DNA from: Octopus sinensis
Lineage: Eukaryota
Direction: 5' to 3'
Assembly (NCBI RefSeq): GCF_006345805.1
Contig: NC_043006.1
Coordinates: 71,982,001 to 72,046,000 of the forward strand
DNA length: 64,000 bases
In this document: positions 14,901 through 27,066 of the stretch, piece after piece
How the letters are laid out: each line of letters starts with the position of its first letter
How positions within the stretch are numbered: position 1 is the first letter of the stretch
Notes under the pieces: generated by a model
Seen by the model: the letters and a program-made list of their open reading frames with translations, nothing else
Told to the model about the DNA's origin: nothing
Database searches by the model: none
Made by a program: the position numbers and the translations under genes

Positions 14901-17900
14901 TGTAAAGCACTTCTGGTAGTGCCACATAAAAGCACCTGTGTGGTGCCAAGTAAAAGCGTCTGTATGATTTGTAAAAGTGCCAGTGTGACACCACGTAAAA
15001 GTGCCAGGTAGTGCCATGTAAAAGCACCCAGCACACTCTGTAAAGTGATTGGCGTTAGGAAGGGCATCCAGCCATGGAAACAAATCAGACTGGAAGCCAA
15101 GTGAGACTGGAGTCTGGTACAGCTCCCCAGCTTGCCAGCTCTGATCAAACCGTCCAACCCATACCAGCATGGATAACAGATGTTAAATGATGATGATTAA
15201 TTGTGATGGTGTTTTGCATAAGTTTGATATCGTTTTACAGGCTGAATGCCTGTAAGAATGCAACAAATGATGGAATGCTGTGTTGGAAAAGACTTGATTA
15301 ACCTATGCAAATATGGAAAAATAACTGTACAGTGATGCTTGTGACAGCCATCATTGTTATCATCATCATCATTACAATATACCCTCAATGTCATCTTTGT
15401 TTGGGTTTCAGTGTGAAGGCTTACTATTTGGTGGTATTATTGTTTATTAATTTAGGCCCATGATAATGTGTCTTGGGTACACTTGGCTAAGTCCCTCTAT
15501 ATGAGTGCTGTGCTAAATGTCAGGCAAGTGGTTGAATAAGTGGTGAGAGGTATTGACCTCCCCCGACCCTGACATACATTTGAGCTTTCTGAATTTCAGA
15601 ATTTCCCTTTCTATTTCTGTTGCTGCACCTCTTCTTTGTTGATTGGAGTTTGTCCTATACTGAAGGCTTAGAGACTGAACTGCATTGCCAGTGAAACACA
15701 AATACTCCTTATTTTGTCAGCAACACTCTATTCATGCCGCCAGTTTCCTGTTTCTTGCTTGCCCTGCTGGAATTGCCATCTGTACCATTCCTCTTGTAGG
15801 TCCATTCCCAGTTGGGGAGAAGCAGAACAAACTGCAAGGAATCGATACTCAGATATTGGTTGATGCTATAGCTGCTGTGATGGGACATGAAGAGAAGGAA
15901 CTCTGCAAACCAGGAACTGTTGCCTTGATGCTCATTCTAAATACTGCCACAATCATTTTGGGCTCACAAGAACGTGTAAGTACCTCTTTATTATTTCCAT
16001 CGAGAACTATTCATCATGTATAATTCTTCACCATCTTCACTCTAACTGTTTATTATATCAGAAGGTTTCCTTTGCATGTAAACTCTTTGGGGATGGATAT
16101 ACACATGTATGGTCAGGTGGACAACACACACTCTAGAATGCACACATATTTGGATACACACACACACATACATACATGTGTGTTTGTATGTGTGATCGCA
16201 CATACATACACATGACATACACACACACAAATAGACAACATGAACACATGTATACAAGCATACGTTCATGCACACATGTGGATGGGTGATGAGTGATCAA
16301 CACTCATGGATGTCTACATGCACACACACACAAGCATATGATTTGACAACAAACACAGAAGGCCTCACACACATACATGCATACAGACATATGTACTCGA
16401 CACCATATACATATTACCACTATATTCCCACATTAATCTAATCATGTTTATTGTGACCAATTCCCTCTTTATCTTCTCAACTCCTCCTACTCTTTCAGGC
16501 TTGCCAGCTGCCATTTTTTGAGTATTTGGTAGAACGTCTCTGTGCCCTATGTTATGACCGAGCTTGGTATGCTAAGTATGGCGGGTAAGTTGATACTCTT
16601 CACTTTTATATCTGGCTGTGTGGTAAAATGTTTACTTTTGGGTTCAGTCCTACTGTGTGGAACCTTGGGCGAGCGTTTTCTACTTTATAGCTCCTGGCTG
16701 ACCTAAGCCTCATTAATGAATTTGGTAGATGGAAACTAAAGAAGCCTGTCATATATATATACGAGGGTGAGTCAAAAAGTAGTGCCATTTTGTTGAGGAC
16801 AGGTATAATTACCAACACAGGAACATGTATCATACATCAAAATGAAGCTGGTCCTCTGTAGATCACATCGCTACTCCTCAACATAGTGACCGTTTCTCTC
16901 AATATCAATGTTCCACCTTTGAATGAGAGCATGCATCCCTGCCTCATAAAATTCTGTTGACTCTTCTTTGAGCCACTTCTTCACTACAGTTTTCACTTCC
17001 TTGTCACTGGAATAATTTAGTGCCTTCACATTATCATCTCTTCAGCCCCATGAAAGAGGGTTTGAGAGGCAAACATTATTCCAGTGACAAGGAAGTGAAA
17101 AATGTAGTGAAGAAGTGGCTCAAAAAACATTCAACAGAATTTTACGGGGCAAGGATACATGCTCTCCTTCGGAAGTAGAACATTGCTATTGAGAGAAACG
17201 GTGACTATGTTGAGGAGTAAGGATGTGATCCACAGAGGACCATCTTCATTTTGATGTATGATACATGTTCCTGTGTTGGTAATTATACCTGTCCTCAACA
17301 AAATGGCATTACTTTTTGACCCTGGCTTCCCAGACCCAGTCAAACCGTCCAACCCGTGCTAGTGCGGAAAGCGGACGTTAAACGATGATGATGATGATGA
17401 TGATGTATGTAAGGGGTGGTGTAAAGTTCCAGGCTTTGTGCAAAAGAAAAATACAGGAGGCTCAGTTAATTATGATTTTATTCTACATATTCCCCTCTCA
17501 GACTCATACACTTATTGCAGCAGTCCTTCAGATTTTCTAAGCCCTGTAAAAGAACTTGGAAGGTTGGGCCTCCAACTCGGCCTTTTTGCAATACCCTTAA
17601 AGCAAGGAATTTTTCAGCAGCCTCTGTATGTATGATAGATTCTCTTGTCATAAATGACAAATGAGAGTTCAATAAAATAAAGCAGTAATAATGTTCTGTG
17701 GACACAAATGTGTCTCTTGAAGCCTGCTGGTGTCTGGCAAACCTTTTGGCAAATGGAACAAGCTGAGGATTCAGTTTGATCGAGTGCTTGTGAATCATTT
17801 ACTATTTGTTTTCTTGAGTGGATGGCAAGGCCTGCTTTGCTTTGTGCTAGAAAACCACAATGGCAGGTAAAGTTTCCATTTAGAAGAGCAGCTTTTTGCC

Positions 17901-20900
17901 AGCACGTCTTCATATATATATGGCTGGATGAATGTGTGTGTGTGTGTGTTACTATATCCTTCCCTTGACATCACATGATTGTTGTAAGCAAGTTTCACCA
18001 TCATGCAAACAGTGTCCTAGGTCATAGGGAAATATTATCTTATTTGAAAACAGGTGAGGGTTGGCAACAAGAAAGACATTTGGTCGTAGAAAATTTACCG
18101 TAGCAAATTCTGTGCAACCCATGCCAGCATGGAAAAATGGACATTAAAATGATGATGATAGTGTGATATGTATATATGAATGCGTGTGTTATTGTCTTCT
18201 TGCCTTGATGTCGTTGCCAGTGCCGCTGGACTGGCTCCTGCGTAGGTGGCACATAAAAGACACCATTTGAGCGTGGCTGTTGCCAGTACTGCTAGAGTGG
18301 CACGTAAAAGCATCCATTACACTCTCGGACTGGTTGGTGTTAGGAAGGGCATCCAGCTGTTGAAACTCTGCTAGATCAGATTGGAGCCTGGTGCAGCCAT
18401 CTGGTTCGCCAGTCCTCTTTCAAATCGTCCAACCCATGCCAGCATGGAAAGTGGACGTTAAACGATGATGATGACATAATAGTTGTAAACAAGTGTCACC
18501 ACCATGTAAAGGGCTGCCTTTCGCTTTCTATCTTCCATAAAAACATATCTAGTCTTGGGGTAAACATTACTTGAAAACAGGTAAGGGTGAGTGGCAGGAA
18601 GGACCTCTGACTGGAGAAAATCTGGCTGACTAGTGTGACCATGGAAAAATGGATGTTAAAACAGTGATGATGGTGACAAATCTGTGTGTGTGTATTTTTA
18701 TCTATCATGTTTTAAACCATCCCGTTTCTTTCCTCAATATTGCAGGTGTCAAGCGATTAAAGTCCTCTATGAACATATGCCAAAGAAGTGGGTTCTACAA
18801 CATCAATTTGTATTTCTGAAAGCTTTACTTTTTGTCATGTTGGACCTTACTGGTGAGGTGAGAAAGACTTAAAGTATACTTTAACATTTGTAAATGATGT
18901 TTTAGTCTTCATCCTTTGTTTCATGTCCTCTGCAACCTAAGTAACAGAATCCTTTAGAATTTATTGTTTATATTTTGGAAATGGTTGTTGTGTTTCATTT
19001 TAACTCACATCAGTCCTCATCAAGCAGGCTTCTCATCTAAGACATTCCATTCATGAACATCCCATCTTTGTTTTTTCAAACATTGTATAATTGTGGGTAT
19101 GGCTTTGTCATAAGAAGTTTGCTTCCCAACCACATGGTTCTGGGTTCAGTCCCACTCTGTGGCACTTTGGGCAAGTGTCTTCTACTTCAGCCTCAGGTCA
19201 ACCAAAGTCTTGTGAGTGGATTTGGTAGATGGAAACTGAAAGAAGCCTGTCGTGTGTTTGTGTGTGTGTTTGCCCCACCACCACCACCACCACTTCACAA
19301 CTGGTGTTGGTGTGTTTATGTCCCTGTAACTCAGTTGTTCAGCAAATGAAACTGATAGAATAAATACCAGGCTTTAAAAAAGTTAGTACTGGGGTCAATT
19401 TGTTTCAACTAAAGTTTTTCAAAGTGGTGCCCCAGCATGACCACTAGCTGATAACTAAAACAAATAAAAGATAGTATATTTTAGAGTACAACATCTAATG
19501 TGTCCTTATTTTTTTTCCTTAAGCCCTAGGGGCTCATAAGTTTCCCTGCTGTATAATTGACCAAGGTCACAACATTTTCTCCCTGAACAAGATTCCAGTC
19601 TGTTCAAGCCCAGCAATTTTGAGGAGCAGGGACAAGTTGATTACATTGACCCCAGTACTTGACTGGTACTTTATTGACCCCAAATGAATGAAAGGTTGGC
19701 TATATGTGTATTGGTCAGTGAATCCTTATTGTCCTTTTGAAAGGAGTTTCTCTTTAAACATCAACTCATTAAATTATGCTTTCTGACTCAGCTCAGTCAA
19801 ACCATATACCTGTGTACCTACCATGTTACTGGTCATAATCATTTACAAGTTCTTATTTTATGATGAGAGATTATTATAACAAAAATTATGGCCATCTTAA
19901 TCTTTTATTTGTTTTAGCCATGTTGGGGTACTACCATAGAAATGACTCTGGTCTATACTTTAATTGCAAAGTTATAAATCAAGAAAGACTACACAGTCGC
20001 TTGACTTGCTAGAAATAGTAGCCAAACCCTTCTCAAGCTACTCTTTAAACTCCTCAACTCTTTAACTAGTTTCAACTTAAAAACTCAGCCATGCTGGGGC
20101 ACTGCCATTAAAACTAGGTAATGGGTGTATATGCATCGTTGTACTGTCAACTATTTTATAATAGAAATGATAAATTTAGATTATGAAACCAATGCAGTCC
20201 TAGATATAGATTTTGTGTATCTGAATTAAAAAAAAAAAAAAAAAAGGATGAGTTGCTGAGGCTGATAAGTCAGATTTGACCTGGGGCTAAACAACAGTAA
20301 CAAGAACAACAAGTACAAAGCCATCTCTCTTTTAACATGTAAAATTTATGTTTTGGTGTTTTTTTTTTCTTTTTGCAGGTATCAAGTGGGGCAATAGACT
20401 TGGCCAAAAATAACATGAAGAATATGTTGATTCTTTGTGCCAAAGAGATTCCAGATGCAACAAATGATCTCCTTGCAGTTCAGAAACAGTCTTTCCACGA
20501 TGTCACCTTGGAGCTTGTACGGCAGGTGACCTCTTCAAATACCTTGATAAGAGAGCAGGTAAGATTGGAGTGACCTCTTGAAAGACTTTAATAAGTGGGT
20601 AGGTAAATTGAGGGCCCATTTCAAATACCTTGTTATGGGGAAAGCTGCAACTTCTTCACATATCTTAGTAAAGAGACAGCTAAGATCAGGCAACCTCTTT
20701 TATATTTTGGGTTGAGCACACATGAATGGCTTTTTTAAAAATAATCTAACAGTTGCCAGCATCATGTAAAAAGTACCCATGGGATGAGGTGGTGAAGCAT
20801 GACCTTCGAACATTGGGCCTCACAGAGGCAATGACAGGTGATCGAGACCTTTGGAGATATGCTAAGATTGAGAAGACCTGGCAACTAAAGTAAGATTGCA

Positions 20901-23348
20901 GCCACGCATGTCCGGCCCAGTTAAGAGTACCCCCGATACATCATGCGATATATGGTTGAGAAAACCCTTTGAGTCAAGTAAAACCAATATTGTAGCTGTG
21001 GCCAGTGCCCTCTAACTGGCTCTTGTGCCAGTGCATGTAAAAAGCACCATCTAAATGCAGTCAATGCTTGGTCTACCTGACAGGTTCCCGTGCCAGTAGA
21101 ATGTAAAAAGCACCATCCGAACGTGGCCGATGCCAGTACTCCCTGACTGGCCCCAGTGCCAGTGGCATGTAAAAAGCACTATCCGAACATGATCGATGCC
21201 AGGCCCGCCTGACTGGCTCCTGTGCCAGTGGCATGTAAAAAGCACTCACTATGCTCTTGGAGTGGTTGGCATTAGGAAGGGCAGCCAACTGTAGAAACAT
21301 TGCCAGATCAGATTGGAGCCTAGTGCAGCCGTTGGTTCTCCAGACCTCAGTCAAACCATTCAATCCAAGCTAGCATGGAAAACGGATGTTAAAACGATGA
21401 TGATGAAACCACTATACTCAACTAGATGTGTAATGTTGAGGAATTATATTGAATTATAACAAGATTCAGATGCAGTCTGAAAAGGAGAACTCTGCACTGC
21501 TATGGGCATGTGATGCATACAGAGGATGGCAGTTGTGTAGAGAAGTGCCTCACGCATTGGTAATGTATTGTGTCAGTTAAGTGTTGGTTGAAGTCATGAT
21601 CTAACATGATGTTTGATAATATATTTAACTCAAACTTCTTGGATTGATCTATAATATTCTACTGCTTCCATCAGACTTGATATTGTTTTATCACACTGTG
21701 CTATATCTGTCCCTTTTTCATATGATTAATTCCTTAAAAAGTCAAATTAAAATCTCTCATCTTGGAAGATGAAGTTCCAAAGACAATAAAATTATAATTG
21801 TTTTAACTATTAACTTCATCTCTTGCAATAAAAGAGTTCTCAATATTTACATCCACACTAAGTTTCAATTGGTTTAATTTCATTTCATCATTAGGTGTCA
21901 TATTCAGTGAGTCCTTGAATACATACAGCAAAGTTTGCTCTTTAGCAAGCATTTGAGCCAGGTTTGTGATTTGAGGATAACACCATCCTTCCCACTCTAT
22001 TTTCACATAGAGTGGGAAGGGCAGTACCCATGAGCCTCTGTTTTTCTGAGGTTTCAAGACTGATGGGAAGAAGGCTGGAGTTATCCTCAAATCACAAACC
22101 TGGCTCAAATGCTTGCTAAAGAGTGAACTTTGCTGTATGTATCCAAGGACATGGTAGTGGTGTCAAACAAGGTAACACATTGAGTTCACGCAGTACTGGG
22201 CAGAATCCAAACTAGGAATGCTTATATCTAATCAAAGAGTAACAATATTCTTATCTACAAGATCACTGATGCATATCCATGTATCAGTATCCTGATGGAT
22301 AAAATTTAGAGCTTGAATCCAGTCTGGCATTGATGTACACATCCAGGAATAAGACACATGAGAACAACCAGTGATTAGTGGGATTGAAACATAGGGTAGA
22401 CATAAATATTGTAATAAATTCTATCATTTAATACTTAGAGCAATCGTAATTGTGTTAACGATGTCTAATTGTGTGTGACATTTTATTTTCTTATTGCTAG
22501 GCAATGAATGCTTTAGAAGTATTGGCGGAGACAACCGGCAAAACAGTTACCGACATAATGGAGCCGCACAAAGAGGTTATGCAGGATATGATCCCCCCCA
22601 AGAAGCATCTTCTGCACCATCAGCCAGCGCATGTTCAGATTGGATTGATGGTCAGTTCAGCGTCTCTCTCTTTTCATGTGTTGTTGACTATGATGAAACT
22701 ACTAGGTTTATTTCTGCTAATTGATCTGTATTTTCTCTTTCTGTAAGACATTGTGCTTAATCAGCATAGATTATTATTGTTATTATTAATATTAATGTTC
22801 CACTGTGGTTCCAGAAAAATGAAGAATATGACAAAAGTTTTTCGAAATATTGGTGGTAGAAAACCATTGACAAGACTGTATAAATGCTGCCTGTTGTCTT
22901 GAAGTTGAATGTCTTTTAATCCTATTTTGTAGGAAGGGAGCACGTTCTGTACAACTCTACAGCCGAGACTTTTTACCATAGATCTCTTGAAAATGGAACA
23001 CAAGGTCTTTTTTGCTGAGGTATGCTTTTGTTTATCATTGCTGTCATCCTTCAGTTTTTCTTCCCTTTGTATTTTTGACCTTTTCCATATATATTTTTCT
23101 TCTTTTCCATTACTTCGTTACTCTCTGTTTTCCCATCATTGTGTTTTCTGGTGTTTGTCTTTGAAATGTTCTGCCATTTTAGAGATTTCTCTATTACTAG
23201 ATATACATCTGTGACCATAGGTGCAGGTGTGACAGTGTGGTTAAGAAGTTTGCTTTCCAAAGTTTGTGCGGCACCTTGAGCAAGTGTCTTTTACCAGAAC
23301 CTCAGGTTGACTAAAGCCTTGTGAGATGGAAACTGAAGGAAGCCCATC

Positions 23349-23413
<65 letters not shown>

Positions 23414-25005
23414 TCACAGTATCGACCAGATGGGCATAATACTCTTTGCATCATTTTAGCTTTTGAATGGTGCCACCTTGCTGGCTAGGTGAGTAGGCCA
23501 ACATTCCCTCTGACCAGAAGGATATTTCATTGCAAGGGTGACCCATTTACAGCTGAGAAGACCCTCTAAATAGAGACCTGGTCCAAATACTTTGCAACAG
23601 TATGTATTTGGCTAAAAGTACCCGAGGTGCCTGGTGGTGGTCTTGAACTTGATGAAGAATTAATTTATCCACCAAGATTAAGCCTGCCAGGCAAGATTAA
23701 GTCTAGTGTTGAAGATTAAGTCTAGTAATCACCCGGTCATTGGGTCCCTTTAACAGAGTCTAATTTGTTGCAGACATTCTGGCAACAGATCCAGTCTGGG
23801 AATAACTTGCTGCCCTCCTCTCCAAGCATTAGTCTTGAAGGTTCTGCAAAAAATAGTCACAGATGGTAGCCTGTCTCTTATGGAATGAAACCCTCCCTCT
23901 TGCAAAAAAAAAAAAAACCAAAACAAATGAAAATGTTACATCTTTGAGAAAGTTCTAAATATTACAAATATTTACCAATTCCTCTCTTTTTCTCTTTTTC
24001 CTTTTTTATCCTTTCTTGTTCATTATCATAAAATAAACCAAATCTGCTTCTTGTATTCTAATTGATTCTCAATTTTTTGTTATTGTCAGCTCTTGAATCT
24101 TTCAAATGCTGAAGATTCTGCTCTGATGAAGATGGCCTGTTACAAGAATATCTCCAACTTAGTTCCACTCCGCAAGAGTACTTTACGTAAGTAACATATC
24201 TTATGGAATGCTAATCATATGCAAATCATTTCTCACAACTTTTTCTATTGGCCAGTAAAAATAAAATGACTGTGTGATGGTCATATGAACTGACTGAAGC
24301 AAAAAGAAACTCAAAATATTCTAAATTATTTATTGAATTAATTTAAACAATAATTTTTCTTTTAGAAATTGTAAGAAGAATTTTCACCCTAAAACAACAT
24401 AACCTATTTCATTCATTTTTGTTGTCTTATTGTGATTCAGCTAATGATATAGTTGTTGTTTTTAGTCCATGTCAGTCAGAGACATTTCAACAGTGACCAT
24501 CCTGTATATTTTCCCAAACACAATGTAACTGAAATTACATTATACTCCCATTTTTTCATGACAACAGTGTATGATTTGAGGGTGCCATTTTGCTGTTGTA
24601 TCTAGCAGGTCAAGCAACCATGTTTTCTCAAGATGCAGCTGTTTTGGTAGTTAGTAGCAGCTGACTACTAAATATGTTCTGTTCCTTTTAATATCTCTGT
24701 ATTTGTGTGTTTTATAGGAGCCTTAGCTGCGTGCCATTATATCCAACCGAGTCGAGAAAAAATCTTCCACTTGCTTTACAAAGCATTAGACAGCAGCAAT
24801 ACAGAACTGCAACAGGCAGCTCATGAGTGTATGAGAAAGGTATGTATATAGGTGTGTGTAGTGTGTGTGAGTGTATATGGATGTGTATGTATGTATATAA
24901 GCATCACATAATGTATCTGTGTGTGTATATGTACATATGTATCAAGCTATGTATCCACTTTTGCATATACTATCATTATACATTATCATCATTATTGTAT
25001 GCATA

Positions 25006-25043
<38 letters not shown>

Positions 25044-27029
25044 GTCATCCCATAAATAATGCGGTTTTTTCAATTGCATGAACTAAAAGTCGGAGGGGGA
25101 CAGGATAAACTGCCTGAATCAATTTGCTATAATAGCAGGTAGTAATTTTACTTCGTATTTATTCTTAGCGCAAATTTTGATGAGTGCAGTTCGACTTTAA
25201 CAGTTATTTTTTCAAAGCTATAATGGAAGTGACAAAGGAGCATATTCAGTCTATTTTGCTTTATGAGTTCAATAAAGGCAACAACACAATGGAAAGTGCA
25301 AGGAATAATAATGCAGTGTATGGAGATTAGGCAATAAGTGTCAATGGTGGTTCCTGAAATTTTGAACCGGAAACCACAGCCTCGAAGACGAGCCTCATCC
25401 TGGAAGATATGTAGAGCTCGATGAGGGCATCCTGCAAACCTTGGTGGAACAAAATCCCATCGTAACAGCAGAGGAACTAGCAGAGAATCTTGGATTTGGT
25501 CATTCAACCATTCATCTATGTCTGTGCTAGAAGAATAACGACCATCTTTGGTTTCAAGATGAAAGGCGTTCTTCCATCGAGATAATGCTTGGCAACATGC
25601 AGTGAGGATGACATTCCAAAGGCTGGAGCAGTTTCAATGGGAAATTGTGCCTCACCCACCATATTTGTTGGACATTGTCCCACCTGATTATCATTTATTC
25701 TGCAGTCTTCAAAATCATTTGGACAGAAAAAATATGAATTCTGTAGTTGAGGTCAAAACAGTACTGAAGAAGTATTTTTTGTCATGGATTAGTGAATTTT
25801 GGAAGAGGGGCCTTGCAAATCTGCCACAGAGATGGAAGAGCATTGTAGAAAATGAAGGAGAATATCTATTTTAGATTAAAAAAGAACTTTGTTTATCTTA
25901 ATTTTAAAAAATAAAAGAAGTATAAAAAAATGCATTATTTATGGGATGACCCAATATATTCCCAAGATTAGCATCATCATTGCTTTATATATATATAATG
26001 TATATAGTATATATTGTGTGTACAAATAAATGTATGATTGCTACTGTTGTGTTTAGAGCTCCACATAGATTATCATCCTCCAGTCTCCTACCAGTATTGA
26101 GATATGGTTTACTAGTATCGCAAGAAGAATTACTGGTTATGATATACAGAGTAAATGTAGGAGAAGTTATGATACACAAATTTTATATCATTTGTTCCAG
26201 TACATTTTGCCATTGAAGTTGTTTGGAACCTCTCCCTAGGGTGTTTTGAATGCTTAACCTCAATGGGTCATCAGGGGAACACTTTATTTCATTAATTTCT
26301 GTAACATAATGTTGTAAATTGTTCCCTCATTGACCTATTGTGGTTCAGCATCCTGCTGCACTTCGAGTATTCAATGCAGAGGTTGCAGAGAACTACACCA
26401 ATGACACGTATGTAGGGAGCAAATGATATAAACTTGTATTTATTATAATTACTCCTACATTTATATGGCTATGAGGTTAGAAGTTTGCTTCCCAGCCACA
26501 TGGTTCCATGTTCAGTCCTACTGCATGGCACTTTGGGAAAGTATCTTCCACTATAGCTTCGGACCAACCAAAGCTTTTTGAGTGCATTTGATAGGTGGAA
26601 ACTGAAAGAAGCCTGTCGTGTATGTATATATATAGTCTTTGTGTCTGCATTTGTCATCCCCCACTACTGCTTGATTTTAAATGATGAGTATATGTATATA
26701 TGATATGTGGAGGCGCAATGACCCAGTGGTTAGGGTAACGGACTCGCGATTGTAGAATTGTGGTTTCGATTCCCAGACCGGGCGTTGTAAGTGTTTATTG
26801 AGCGAAAACACCTAAAGCTCCACAAGGCTCCGGCAGGGGCCGGTGGCGATCCCTGCTGTACTCTATCGCCACAACTTTTTCTCACTCTTTCTTCTGTTGG
26901 CCTGCTCGCTTAGCCAGCGGGGTGGTGTCATCTGAAGGCTAAAACAATGTGAAACGCATTGTGACCAGCGACGTGTAGCAACATCTGATAGCCTGGTCGG
27001 TCACGGTGACGATGATATATTTATATATG

Positions 27030-27066
<37 letters not shown>

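Noticed and set aside
21000-21246. Regular repeats as a possible CRISPR array
   Set aside because: Eukaryotic LINE UTR. The whole 66-nt unit repeats, with no unique spacers and no cas genes.
24715-24720. NAGNAG tandem acceptors (TAG GAG; also 60264-60269)
   Set aside because: The distal site is GAG, which is rarely used, and there is no evidence from sequence alone.
26709-26785. tRNA-like sequence (also at 46337, 36810 and 12833)
   Set aside because: These are SINE heads: A/B boxes are present, but there is no complete cloverleaf and they run on into repeat bodies.
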